From positions 93 to 64,092 of the forward strand of contig JAURXV010000008.1 of assembly GCA_030654195.1 (NCBI GenBank): a DNA stretch of 64,000 nucleotides, read 5' to 3'. The translations under genes and the position numbers were made by a program. Positions 1 through 9,295 of this stretch are shown piece after piece; position 1 is the first letter of the stretch; each line of letters starts with the position of its first letter. Source of the DNA: Syntrophales bacterium. GTDB lineage: Bacteria > Desulfobacterota > Syntrophia > Syntrophales > UBA5619. The notes below the pieces were generated by a model. The model was not told the origin of the DNA and made no database searches. It saw only the letters and a program-made list of their open reading frames with translations.

Positions 1-142
1 AACCTTCATCGCTGCAGGTACGCATCCCGTGAAACAGGAAAAACGGTTCCATGATTCGTTCACGATCCAGACGCGAGACCGGCATAATCGTTAAAATGCA
101 ATAGATGCGGCAGCACATTGGACTTCAAAGGAGGGAGGGGTT

Positions 143-1333
143 ATGTCGCTTGATTTCGAATTCACACCGGAGCAGAAAATGATCGAGGAGATTGTCTGGC
201 GCTGGGCATCCAGCTGGCTGGAACCGCAGATGGAGGAACTCTACGAGCAGGACCGGATGCCTCCGGACCTGTTCCGGGAACTGGGCAAGATCGGCGTCAA
301 CGGCATCGTCTTTGAAGAAAAATACGGCGGTGCGGGTCTCGGCTACGTGGAAACCCTGCTTATCTACGAAACCATCGCACGGGTGAGCAACGCCCTGGCC
401 ATGACTGTGGGGGCCAGCCAAACCCTCTGCTTCGACAACTTCCGGCGAAACGCGACCGAAGAGCAGAAGATGGAAATCCTCCCCCGGGCTTGCAGCGGCG
501 AGTACATCGGCTGCCTGGGAATCACCGAACCCAACGCCGGCTCCGATGCGATGGGGATGACCACCCGGGCCGTGAAGGTGAATGACCGCTATGTCGTGAA
601 CGGGAGCAAGACCTTCATCACCAACGGCAACGTCGCCGATGTCATGCTCTTCTACGCGAAGACCGACCCCGCCCGCGGCGCGCACGGAATCTCCGCTTTT
701 TATTTTCTGACGAACGGGATAAAGGGGCTCTACCGCGAAAAAATCAAAAAGTGGGGCATGCGGAGCTCCCCCACGGCGCTGATCACCTTCGATGACATGG
801 AAATTCCCGAAGGAAATCTCATTGGCGGGTTGAATCGCGGCGGGGCAATTCTCACCAACGGTCTCTGCACGGAGCGGATCACCCTGAGCGGCTGCTCTCT
901 GGGCTCGCAGCGGGCCTGCCTCGAGCTGAGCCTGCGGTACGCCAGGGAAAGAATCCAATTCGGGAAGCCGATCTCTTCGTTCCAGTTCATCCAGGGGAAG
1001 CTCGCCGACATGTACACTGGCTACATGGCCTCCAGATGGATGGCCTACAGCGCTGCCGCCTACTGTGACTCCCTGGAGAAAAAGGTCGGGGGGAAGGGAA
1101 CCGACCTGGACCGCAAGGCGGCCGCCGCCCTCCTCTTCTGCGGAGAGATGGGCACAAAGGTGGCCGCGGACGCCATCCAGATTCACGGAGGCTACGGCTA
1201 CTGCCAGGAATACGCGGTCTCCCGGCACTATCTCGATCAGAAACTCTGGGATATCGGCGCCGGAACCGCGGAGGTGCGCCGGATGATCATTGCCCGGGAG
1301 CTTCTCAGGGACAACTTTCAGAGCGCCCGGTAA
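143..1333 (+). CDS. acyl-CoA dehydrogenase
   Basis: 396-aa ORF with an AAAGGAGGGAGGGG RBS just upstream. ACAD-type sequence runs throughout (GITEPNAGSD, TFITNG, FGKPISSFQFIQGKLADM, IQIHGGYGY, AEVRRMIIAREL). Confidence 0.9.
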   Translation: MSLDFEFTPEQKMIEEIVWRWASSWLEPQMEELYEQDRMPPDLFRELGKIGVNGIVFEEKYGGAGLGYVETLLIYETIARVSNALAMTVGASQTLCFDNFRRNATEEQKMEILPRACSGEYIGCLGITEPNAGSDAMGMTTRAVKVNDRYVVNGSKTFITNGNVADVMLFYAKTDPARGAHGISAFYFLTNGIKGLYREKIKKWGMRSSPTALITFDDMEIPEGNLIGGLNRGGAILTNGLCTERITLSGCSLGSQRACLELSLRYARERIQFGKPISSFQFIQGKLADMYTGYMASRWMAYSAAAYCDSLEKKVGGKGTDLDRKAAAALLFCGEMGTKVAADAIQIHGGYGYCQEYAVSRHYLDQKLWDIGAGTAEVRRMIIARELLRDNFQSAR

Positions 1334-1346
1334 CAAGGATGGAGAA

Positions 1347-3104
1347 ATGACCAGAATTTTATCGCAATCGGGAAACGCGCTCAAGCACGGAGGAACAGAA
1401 GGGCGGTGTCAAAATGGCGGGTTCCTATTTTGGAGAACGTCTGCACGAACACTGCTTCGAAGGGCCGTCATCCTTGTGGCCATGATATTCCTGCCCCTTC
1501 TCCATACCCCGCTTTCGGCCCGTGAGGACAGCGCCCGCCTCGTTCTTCAAAAGACAGCGGGGGGAGGCAACAGCAGGGTCCATGTTGTAAAAAAAGGGGA
1601 ATGGATCCACCGCATCCTCCAGAGCCATTTTGGGGAAGAACCGGTTTCTTACGCCCTGATTCGCCGGTTGAACCCCGGAATCAGGAATCTGAACCGGATA
1701 CGACCCGGCCAGAGGATCGTTCTTCCGGTCCCGGGCAGTTCAGAACATTCCGAATCGATCTCCGACATCGACAGGGAAAACTCCTCCCCGCCGGTTATTT
1801 ACCGTATCCTGGAGGGGGACTCCATCAGCCGGATCATTCTGTCCGAAATGAACGTAAACCCCGCGGAAGCCCTCCCGGCCTATCGTCTCATTCGCAAGCT
1901 GAATCCGGAGATCCCGGATCTAAATCGGCTTCCGGCCGGCCAGTCCCTCCGCCTACCCCCGGCGCCCGCTCGTTCGGCCGTCGCGCCGGCGGCGCCCCTG
2001 AAAACCGCCGCCCCTCCTACGGAAGAGTCCAACGCGGAAAAGGCGGCAATTGCGGAGTCCCTTTTCGGAATCATCCGGCCGGTCATCGGCCGGATGCGGG
2101 GAATGGTCACCGCTACGGGAAGTTACTTCATCCCCCTACAGGAGACCACACAGGTCACCATCAACTGCTCCCAGATCCCTGTCGTGGAACTGGATGATGG
2201 AACAACGGTTCTTCTGGATTACGGAGATCGTCTGTCGGAGAATCTGAAAAAACTGATCCGCCAATCCTGGAAAAACTATGCCTTTCTGACGGCGGAAGAG
2301 TTTCGTGACGGACTCGGGGGCTTACTGGGGATTATCCGCCATTCCAAAAATTACAGAATGGTTCGGACCGACAAACCCCTTGAGTTGACTGCGAAGCCGG
2401 AAATCCTCGTCTTCCCCGACTGGCTCATCATCGGCAAAGAGACGACAGGCGGCGCAACCTACCGTCAGGGGCTCTTCCTGCTCGATCGCGGCGAACGGCC
2501 CCTCCCCGCAGAGGCAAGGGCCTTCCTCGAGAAAAGCGGTGTCGCCGTGACGGAGATCGCAGAAGACCGCGCGGTCTCTTCCCCGGAAACACCGTCGGCA
2601 CTGCAACCAGCCATTGCGGATTTTCGAGCCCTGAAGGGCATCAACCTCGCGGAAAAACTTCTCTCAACCCTCGGTGTGACGCCGATCCGGAACGCTGAGG
2701 TCGTCGTCTTCGACCAGGCCCGCAACGGATTCAACCTCTCCGTCACGGCCGATCTGCTCATCCGGAAGGGAGAGAAGCGGTTCATCCTCCATACGAAGAG
2801 GCTGCCCGATCAGTTCATTCAAATCCTCAGGGAGGCGGGTACGGAGATGATCCCGATCGGAGAAAAGGATCAGGGCAGGTCCCTCGTCGAAGCCGTGCTT
2901 CAGGGGCTGGGGATCCCCGTCTCCTTCGGTTATTTCTCCTTTCGGATTCCTGAAGAGGGCAAACGCCCGCGGCTTACGGGCTCTTTTTCCACCCTTCGGG
3001 TGATGAACGAAGGGGAACCGATTTTTCTGATCGATTTCGATATGCCTCCCGCTGTCCTGCCTTTTTTCAACGGCCGCCGGGAAGGACGTGTTATCCGCTA
3101 CTGA
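1347..3104 (+). CDS. secreted/membrane-anchored protein with two LysM-like repeats and an uncharacterised C-terminal domain
   Basis: Frame of ORF 1290..3104. I prefer ATG 1347 (AAGGATGGAGAA upstream, no overlap with the upstream stop). Hydrophobic segment AVILVAMIFLPLL. Two LysM-like units: HVVKKGEWIHRIL...IRPGQRIVLP and YRILEGDSISRII...LPAGQSLRLP. Confidence 0.6.
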   Translation: MTRILSQSGNALKHGGTEGRCQNGGFLFWRTSARTLLRRAVILVAMIFLPLLHTPLSAREDSARLVLQKTAGGGNSRVHVVKKGEWIHRILQSHFGEEPVSYALIRRLNPGIRNLNRIRPGQRIVLPVPGSSEHSESISDIDRENSSPPVIYRILEGDSISRIILSEMNVNPAEALPAYRLIRKLNPEIPDLNRLPAGQSLRLPPAPARSAVAPAAPLKTAAPPTEESNAEKAAIAESLFGIIRPVIGRMRGMVTATGSYFIPLQETTQVTINCSQIPVVELDDGTTVLLDYGDRLSENLKKLIRQSWKNYAFLTAEEFRDGLGGLLGIIRHSKNYRMVRTDKPLELTAKPEILVFPDWLIIGKETTGGATYRQGLFLLDRGERPLPAEARAFLEKSGVAVTEIAEDRAVSSPETPSALQPAIADFRALKGINLAEKLLSTLGVTPIRNAEVVVFDQARNGFNLSVTADLLIRKGEKRFILHTKRLPDQFIQILREAGTEMIPIGEKDQGRSLVEAVLQGLGIPVSFGYFSFRIPEEGKRPRLTGSFSTLRVMNEGEPIFLIDFDMPPAVLPFFNGRREGRVIRY

Positions 3105-3114
3105 AAAAGGATTT

Positions 3115-4098
3115 ATGCAGTCGAAAGTAAAAGGAATAGAGCTATTTTCGGGAGGTCTGGACAGCATCCTGGCCTTCAAGGTGATCGCGGAACAGGGGAT
3201 CGAAGTTTTGGGAATCACCTTTGAGACTCCCTTTTTCAGCGCCGCGAAGGCGCGTATGACCGCAGAGAGGATCGGTCTGCCGCTCGTCATTCTCGACATC
3301 ACGACAGAACACCTGCAGATGCTGCGGGCGCCCCGCTACGGCTATGGAAGGAACATGAACCCCTGCATCGACTGCCATACGCTGATGCTCCAGGTTGCCG
3401 GGCGGCGTATGGACGCAGAAGGCGCCGATTTCGTTTTCACCGGGGAGGTTCTGGGGGAACGCCCCATGTCCCAGGGGAAACAATCCCTCTACATTGTGGC
3501 CAAAAATGCCGGTTACCCGGACCGCATCCTCCGTCCCCTCAGCGCGAAACTCCTGCCGGAGACGGAGCCGGAACGGTCGGGTAAGGTGGATCGCAGCCGC
3601 CTTTGCGATATCCAGGGGAGAGGCCGAAAACGGCAGATGGAAATGGCCATCCATTACGGCATCACATCCTATCCCCCACCCGCCGGCGGCTGCCTTCTCA
3701 CCGATCCCATCCTCTCCCGGCGACTCCGCGACCTCTTTGATCATCATCGCGACCACGAAATCCGGGATATCGAGCTTCTGAAGGTTGGAAGGCACTTTCG
3801 CCTCGATGAAAAAACGAAGGCAATCGTTGGCCGGAACGCCATGGACAATGAAACCATCGAGAGTCTGGCCAAGAGCGGTGACGCGCTGATCCGGATCGAT
3901 TCCTTTCCGGGACCGACCGTTCTTGTTCCCGGCGGCGGCGATGAAGGAACACGGCTCCTGGCTGCCGGGATCTGCGCCCGTTACTGCGACGGTCCGCGTG
4001 ACCGCGAGCTGGTCGCCGGTTGCCTCCGGGACGGGAGCGCGACATCGCTTACAGTCCTCGCCGCAATCCCGGAAGAGACCGAACGCCTGCTCATCTAA
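3115..4098 (+). CDS. PP-loop ATP-pyrophosphatase family protein (ThiI/MnmA-like, tRNA thiolation type)
   Basis: Frame of ORF 3088..4098, start moved to ATG 3115 (MQSKVKG). SGGLDS PP-loop motif at the N-terminus, CIDCH and FTGEVLGERPMSQ motifs. Exact family not resolved by eye. Confidence 0.55.
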   Translation: MQSKVKGIELFSGGLDSILAFKVIAEQGIEVLGITFETPFFSAAKARMTAERIGLPLVILDITTEHLQMLRAPRYGYGRNMNPCIDCHTLMLQVAGRRMDAEGADFVFTGEVLGERPMSQGKQSLYIVAKNAGYPDRILRPLSAKLLPETEPERSGKVDRSRLCDIQGRGRKRQMEMAIHYGITSYPPPAGGCLLTDPILSRRLRDLFDHHRDHEIRDIELLKVGRHFRLDEKTKAIVGRNAMDNETIESLAKSGDALIRIDSFPGPTVLVPGGGDEGTRLLAAGICARYCDGPRDRELVAGCLRDGSATSLTVLAAIPEETERLLI

Positions 4099-4223
4099 CA
4101 GGCTGTTGAAAAACGCCCGTCTGCTCAAGTTTCCCTCATCCTTCGCCGTTCAACGTAACAGCCAGTACGCTTCACGGCTCAGGATTTCGGGGGCCTTGCA
4201 TCCGGACATTTTTGAACAGCCTG
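4099..4223. repeat. IR-flanked ~125-bp intergenic element (copy 1 of 2 in the window)
   Basis: CAGGCTGTTGAAAAA (4099-4113) and TTTTTGAACAGCCTG (4209-4223) are inverted repeats, 14/15 matching. The right end CATCCGGACATTTTT is shared with the element at 34263-34442. Confidence 0.5.
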
Positions 4224-4233
4224 CTGAGGCGGT

Positions 4234-5784
4234 TCAGGAAGGCAGGTGCTGCGGCCGGAGGAGATCCGTGACGGTCTTGACCGGATTGAAGGTGGATAGC
4301 GGAACCTCAACGAAGACGGTGTTCCATAAGGCCATCGACCCGTTCCATAGACCGGGCCGTTCCAGCGCGAGAAGCTCCCTCCCCTTCTCCGACTTCCGGG
4401 TGATCGCCACCGCCGCAGGATCGATAAACGCCGGGAGATCGAATTTCCGCCCTTGGAAATCCCGGACGCCGCAGACCAGATCAACGGGATTGAAGTGCGT
4501 TGCGGACAACCAGACGGCACGCTGTTTCGGGTCGTTCCGGTCAATCTGCGACTCCTCGATGATCTGCAGAGAGGCCCCCCCCCTCCCATCCGCATCCTCA
4601 ACCCAGAAAGGACCGCCGCCCGGCTCCCCCTCGTTTTTCACCATCCCGCAGACCCTGAGAGGCCGGTTCAGTTTCCGGAAAAGAAACGACCGTCGCTCGG
4701 AAAGGGAAAGATCCCGGAAACCGGTCGGGAAGCCGATGTTCACCCTCTTTTCCGCAAAATCGCGGAACCGCTTCAATTCTTCCTCCGTGCCGCCCCCCCC
4801 CGCGAGAAGTCGAACGGAGGCAAAGATCTCCTCCTGAAGCCGGATTAGACAGCCGGCCAGGAGTTTCTTCCAGAGAGATGTCTCCGTCTTGAGACGATCC
4901 GGCACGGTATTGTCGATGTTCTTCAGGAAGATGATCTCTTCATCGAGGAGATTCAGGTTCCGGAGGAGCGAGCCGTGCCCTCCCGGGCGAAAGACCGGTT
5001 TTCCCAGGTCATCGCGGAACGGCCGGTTCTCCGAATCGACGGCGATGGTGTCCGTTGCCGGCTCCTGCGTGGAAATGCCGACCTCAAAAACGGTATCCAG
5101 CCGGGATTCGTAATCGCGGATCACACGCGAAAGAAGCGTTCGGACGGCGCTTTCATGTTCTCGGGAGACAGTAAAATGGACGCGGGAGACGTTTTTTGCA
5201 TCGCGGGCGTAGAGGGCCGCCTCGACGAGATGCTCTTCGAGGGCGGTCCGACTCCCTTCCGGATAGGCATGGAATTTCAGAAGCGCTTTGGGCAGGCATC
5301 CGTAATTCAGCCCCTCCTCCGTCAGGACGGATTTCAGGATGGCCGTATCTTCCGCTTTCCCGATCAGAGACTCCAGATCCTCTCCTGCTGCGGCGACGGC
5401 CGCCCGCAGATCGTGGAAAAAGGCATAGCGCTTCAGGTCGCCGGAAAAGGCCGTACGCGCTGCCCCGTCGGCGAAACTGCCAGCAGCGAGGCAGCGATAC
5501 CACTCCCGGAACATCCGGCTCGCCGCCCCGGAGGCGGGGACGAATTTCATCAGCCGGTGCCTCCGGCGGGCCTCCTCGTAGGCCGCCAGCAGGGACGGGC
5601 TCTCCGACTCGGGGATGACGACAATCCCATCGCCCGTAACGCATGGGCGATTCAGACAAACCGACGGGACCCGCCGCCGGAAGAGCGAAAGCTGCCTGCC
5701 GACCTCTTCTATCGTGAGCCCCTGCAAGGCGATGGTTTGCCTGTCCCCGTCGGACCACCACTCTTCGGCCCCGTTTTCCGTCAT
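4234..5784 (-). CDS. UGPase-like nucleotidyltransferase-fold protein (DUF4301-like), function unknown
   Basis: Frame of ORF 4234..5904. Start set at ATG 5784 (MTENGAEEW), preceded by AAAGGAGAGGAAGAA, 13 nt after the upstream stop. Motifs FRPGGHGSLL, NIDNTVPD and VKNEGEPGGGPFWV resemble UTP-sugar pyrophosphorylase folds. The DUF4301 assignment is from memory. Confidence 0.5.
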   Translation of the reverse strand: MTENGAEEWWSDGDRQTIALQGLTIEEVGRQLSLFRRRVPSVCLNRPCVTGDGIVVIPESESPSLLAAYEEARRRHRLMKFVPASGAASRMFREWYRCLAAGSFADGAARTAFSGDLKRYAFFHDLRAAVAAAGEDLESLIGKAEDTAILKSVLTEEGLNYGCLPKALLKFHAYPEGSRTALEEHLVEAALYARDAKNVSRVHFTVSREHESAVRTLLSRVIRDYESRLDTVFEVGISTQEPATDTIAVDSENRPFRDDLGKPVFRPGGHGSLLRNLNLLDEEIIFLKNIDNTVPDRLKTETSLWKKLLAGCLIRLQEEIFASVRLLAGGGGTEEELKRFRDFAEKRVNIGFPTGFRDLSLSERRSFLFRKLNRPLRVCGMVKNEGEPGGGPFWVEDADGRGGASLQIIEESQIDRNDPKQRAVWLSATHFNPVDLVCGVRDFQGRKFDLPAFIDPAAVAITRKSEKGRELLALERPGLWNGSMALWNTVFVEVPLSTFNPVKTVTDLLRPQHLPS

Positions 5785-5797
5785 TTCTTCCTCTCCT

Positions 5798-6091
5798 TTA
5801 GACGGCCAACTCCTCCATCGGCAGCAGAAAGCTCCGGACGCCGGCGCGGGGATGTTCCCGTTTGAGTTCCCGGAGCCTCGCGTCGAGACGGGCGATCTCT
5901 TCATCGGCCACGGCCATCAAAAGGACATTGTTCTTTCCGGGCCAGAAGTGTGTACCCAGCTTCGGTTCCGTTTCCGTCCCCTCTCCCCGGGCCTCCACCA
6001 TCTTCGTGTATCCCCGGACCCCGGCTTCCTTCAGGGCGGCAATCACGTCCTCATCAGCCGCTTCGCAGTAGATGATCAGAAACATTTTCAT
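5798..6091 (-). CDS. P-II-like small transporter-associated protein (PG0541-like family)
   Basis: 97 aa (MKMFLIIYCEAADEDVIAALKEAGVRGYTKMVEARGEG...), a beta-alpha-beta P-II-like pattern, immediately downstream of the RND pump gene. Confidence 0.55.
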   Translation of the reverse strand: MKMFLIIYCEAADEDVIAALKEAGVRGYTKMVEARGEGTETEPKLGTHFWPGKNNVLLMAVADEEIARLDARLRELKREHPRAGVRSFLLPMEELAV

Positions 6092-6184
6092 GGTTGTCCA
6101 CCTCCCGATTCACGGCTGAAGAATGTGACGCATCAACAGGTAAAGGAAAAGGAGTGTTTCGCCTCACTCCTCACTCCTCACGCT

Positions 6185-9100
6185 TCACACTTCTCGATGT
6201 TTACGCTTCTCTCGGCGCTTCTTGAAGATCCCCTGCCAGTCGTCGAAGAGATCATAGGCTGCCGGGACGACGACGAGCGTCAGGAAAAGCGAGGTCAGGA
6301 GTCCGCCGATGACCGCGATCCCCATCGGAGAACGGGTTTCCGATCCCTCTCCGACGCCGAATGCGACCGGCAGCATCCCGAAGACCATCGCGAAGGTCGT
6401 CATCAGGATCGGCCGGAGCCGAACCGGTCCGGCCTGGAGGATCGCCTCCCGCCGGGGAACACCCCTCCCCCGGAGGACATTCGTATAGTCGACGAGCAGA
6501 ATCGCATTTTTCTTCACAAGCCCCATCAGCAGGATGAGGCCGATGAAGCTGAAGATATTCAGTGTATTTCCGGTGATCAACAGCGCGCTGAACGCCCCGA
6601 TAAAGGAGAGCGGCATCGCCAGAAGAACCGTGAAGGGGTGGATGAAACTCTCGAACTGGGCGGCCAGGACCATATAGGCCATGATGACCCCGAGGATCAG
6701 CGCAAACATCAGGTACTTGAAAGATTCGCCCATCGTTTCCGCCATCCCCTGGTACTTGGGAAGATAGTCGGCGGGCAGGATCCGGCCGGCGATCGCGTTC
6801 AGCTCCTCTACCGCCTGCCCCAGGGGTTTCCCCTCGATGCTGGCGAAGAGGGAGATCGCCCGCTGCCGGTCGACCCGATTGATAACACTCGGCCCACCCC
6901 CCTCCTGGATGCGAACGAGGTTCCGGAGCTCGACGAGCCGGCCGTCCCGCGCCCGGACATAGAGTTTGCTCAGATCATCGGGATTTCTCCGTTCCTCCGG
7001 GTTAAGGCGGATCCGGAGATCGTACCGCTTTCCCCGGCTCTCGTCCTTGTATTTGGTCACCTCGGTCTCCCCGCTGATCAGGAGGTTGACCGCCTCGGCG
7101 ATGGTGGCGACATCTACCCCGAGGTCGGCCGCCTTGTCCCGGTCGATGAAGACCTTGAGCTCCGGCTTTCCCATCTCCAGAGAGGTGTCCACATCCACGA
7201 TTCCCGGCAGCCTCGAAAACTCGCCGGAGATCTGCTTCGCATAGGTCTGGAGCTCCGTCAGATCGCGCCCCCGGATGCTGTACTGGATCGGCACCTGCCG
7301 CTGCCCGCCGCCGATCAGCGAGATATCCTCAGCGGATACCTTGAGCCCCGGAAATTTTCTCAGTTTGGTCCGGATCTCCTTCTTGAGCTCCTCCTGGCTC
7401 TTCTTCCGTTCGGCCTTCGGAACGAGGCGCGTCATCATGACCGCCCGGTTGACGGCGCTTCCGAGGCCCAGGCGGTAGTAGACCGCGCTGATCTCTGGGA
7501 TCTCTCTCAGGATCTTTTCGGCGGGCTGAAAGAATTCGTCCGCCTTGTCGATGGAATAGTCGATCGGCGCCTCCAGGCGGACGAGGAACTGTCCCTGGTC
7601 TTCCGGCGGAATGAATTCCTTGCCGATGAATGTCGTCAGGTATAGACTTCCGACAAAAAGGATGAGCGCCCCGATGAGCATCACCCCGCGGTGGCGGAGT
7701 GAAAAGGCCAACAGGGGCCGGTAACCCTCTTCAATCTTGTTGTAACCCTGCTCAAACCAGTGCGCAAAGCGCCCTCTCGGCTTGACGGCGGCGCCCGTCC
7801 CGGAATTGCCGCGTCGGAGGGCGATCCGCTTCAGGAAGATCGAGGCCAGCATCGGCGTCAGCGTGAAGGAGACGAGGAGCGAAACCAGCACCGAAAAGAC
7901 GACGGTCAGCGCAAACTGGATGAAGAAGCGGCCGATTATCCCCTTCATGAAGGCGACGGGGAGAAAGATCGCGACAATGGCGAAGGTCGTCGCCATGACG
8001 GCCAGGCCGATCTCGGCGGTGGCAAAGGTCGACGCCTCCCGCGGCGCCATTCCCTCTTCCACGTGACGGTAGATGTTCTCGATGACGATGATCGCGTCGT
8101 CGATGAGCAATCCCACCGAAAGGGTGAGCGCAAGCATCGTCATGTTGTTGAAGGTGAAACCGAAGAAGCGGATCAGCGCGAATGTGGCGATGATCGATAC
8201 CGGCAACGCGACCGCGCTGATCAACGTCGTCCGGAAGTTTCGGAGGAATATGAATACGGCCAGAACCGCAAAGAAGCTCCCGAGGATCAGATGCTTCTGC
8301 ACCTCATCGATGGAGCGCCGGATGAAGGTGGACTGGTCCATCGCGATGTTCAGGCTCATCCCCGGCGGAAGGGTCTTTCTGATCTTCTCGATCTCCGTCT
8401 TGACGAGGTTGACGACGGCAACGGTGTTGGTCCCGGACTGCTTCTGCACCCCCATGGCGACCGCCGGGACGCCGTTGTAGCGGACCATGGTGCGCTTCTC
8501 CTCCATCCCGTCTTCGGCTTTCCCGATATCCCGGAGACGTACGGGAGCGCCCCTGTCGTAGGCAACGACCAAATCGTTGATCTCCGAAATATTGGTGAAT
8601 TCCCCCTTGACCTTCACCGTGTATTCCTTCGAGAGGCTCTCGATCCGGCCGCCCGGAAGCTCGACGTTCTGCCGCTGCAGGGCGCCCATGACATCCTTCG
8701 CCGCGATCCCGTAGGCCCTCAACTTGTCGGCATCGAGCCAGACGCGGATCTGCCGCAGACGGAGCCCCCACAACTGGACGTCGCCGACGCCGTTGATCCG
8801 CTGGAGCTGCTCTTTCAGCACCTCATCCACGTAGGTGGAGAGTTCCTTGACCGTTTTTTGTCCCGAAAGGTTCAGAAAGAGCACCGCCGCCGCATCGGGA
8901 TCGACTTTGGCAATCCTTGGTTCCTCGATGTCTGCGGGCAGTTTGTTGCGGATCAAGGCGACCTTCTCCCTTACATCCTGGACGGCGAGGTCGATGTTCC
9001 GCTCGAGGACAAACTCCACCGTCACGCGTGAATCCCCTTCCGTGCTGCTCGAGGTGATGCTCTTCACGCCGTTGATCGTGTTGACCGCCCCTTCGATCCT

Positions 9101-9295
9101 GTCTGTAATGTCGACGTCGATCACCTCGGGGCTCGCCCCATTCAAATGCGTGGTGATCGTGACGATGGGAAAATCTACCTTGGGGAAGAGATCCACGCCG
9201 ATCTCCGGATAACTGACAACACCGAGGACCACCAGGGCCATGATGGCCATGGTGGCAAAAACCGGTCTCTTGACCGAGGTATCAGCGAGCCACAT
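6185..9295 (-). CDS. RND efflux transporter permease (AcrB/HAE1-type)
   Basis: 1036 aa. The N-terminus MWLADTSVKRPVFATMAIMALVVLG and the 12-TM/large-loop organisation are typical of AcrB-family pumps. Confidence 0.95.
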   Translation of the reverse strand: MWLADTSVKRPVFATMAIMALVVLGVVSYPEIGVDLFPKVDFPIVTITTHLNGASPEVIDVDITDRIEGAVNTINGVKSITSSSTEGDSRVTVEFVLERNIDLAVQDVREKVALIRNKLPADIEEPRIAKVDPDAAAVLFLNLSGQKTVKELSTYVDEVLKEQLQRINGVGDVQLWGLRLRQIRVWLDADKLRAYGIAAKDVMGALQRQNVELPGGRIESLSKEYTVKVKGEFTNISEINDLVVAYDRGAPVRLRDIGKAEDGMEEKRTMVRYNGVPAVAMGVQKQSGTNTVAVVNLVKTEIEKIRKTLPPGMSLNIAMDQSTFIRRSIDEVQKHLILGSFFAVLAVFIFLRNFRTTLISAVALPVSIIATFALIRFFGFTFNNMTMLALTLSVGLLIDDAIIVIENIYRHVEEGMAPREASTFATAEIGLAVMATTFAIVAIFLPVAFMKGIIGRFFIQFALTVVFSVLVSLLVSFTLTPMLASIFLKRIALRRGNSGTGAAVKPRGRFAHWFEQGYNKIEEGYRPLLAFSLRHRGVMLIGALILFVGSLYLTTFIGKEFIPPEDQGQFLVRLEAPIDYSIDKADEFFQPAEKILREIPEISAVYYRLGLGSAVNRAVMMTRLVPKAERKKSQEELKKEIRTKLRKFPGLKVSAEDISLIGGGQRQVPIQYSIRGRDLTELQTYAKQISGEFSRLPGIVDVDTSLEMGKPELKVFIDRDKAADLGVDVATIAEAVNLLISGETEVTKYKDESRGKRYDLRIRLNPEERRNPDDLSKLYVRARDGRLVELRNLVRIQEGGGPSVINRVDRQRAISLFASIEGKPLGQAVEELNAIAGRILPADYLPKYQGMAETMGESFKYLMFALILGVIMAYMVLAAQFESFIHPFTVLLAMPLSFIGAFSALLITGNTLNIFSFIGLILLMGLVKKNAILLVDYTNVLRGRGVPRREAILQAGPVRLRPILMTTFAMVFGMLPVAFGVGEGSETRSPMGIAVIGGLLTSLFLTLVVVPAAYDLFDDWQGIFKKRREKRKHREV

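Noticed and set aside
1-85. Possible 5' end of a divergent minus-strand gene (MPVSRLDRERIMEPFFLFHGMRTCSDEG...)
   Set aside because: Only 28 codons are visible before the window edge. This is not enough to support a call.
125-1384. 419-aa ORF on the minus strand
   Set aside because: It is antisense to a clearly recognisable acyl-CoA dehydrogenase. It has Arg/Gly/Pro/Ala-rich, low-complexity composition typical of shadow ORFs in GC-rich DNA.
3923-4837. 304-aa plus-strand ORF crossing the convergent intergenic region
   Set aside because: It starts inside the PP-loop gene in another frame, crosses the IR element and runs antisense into the DUF4301-like gene. It has no RBS and is Ser/Arg-rich.
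5615-9031. Long plus-strand ORFs 5615..7645 (676 aa) and 7760..9031 (423 aa)
   Set aside because: They are antisense to the RND permease and neighbouring genes. They are extremely Arg/Asp/Glu/Pro-rich with no recognisable motifs. These are shadow ORFs.
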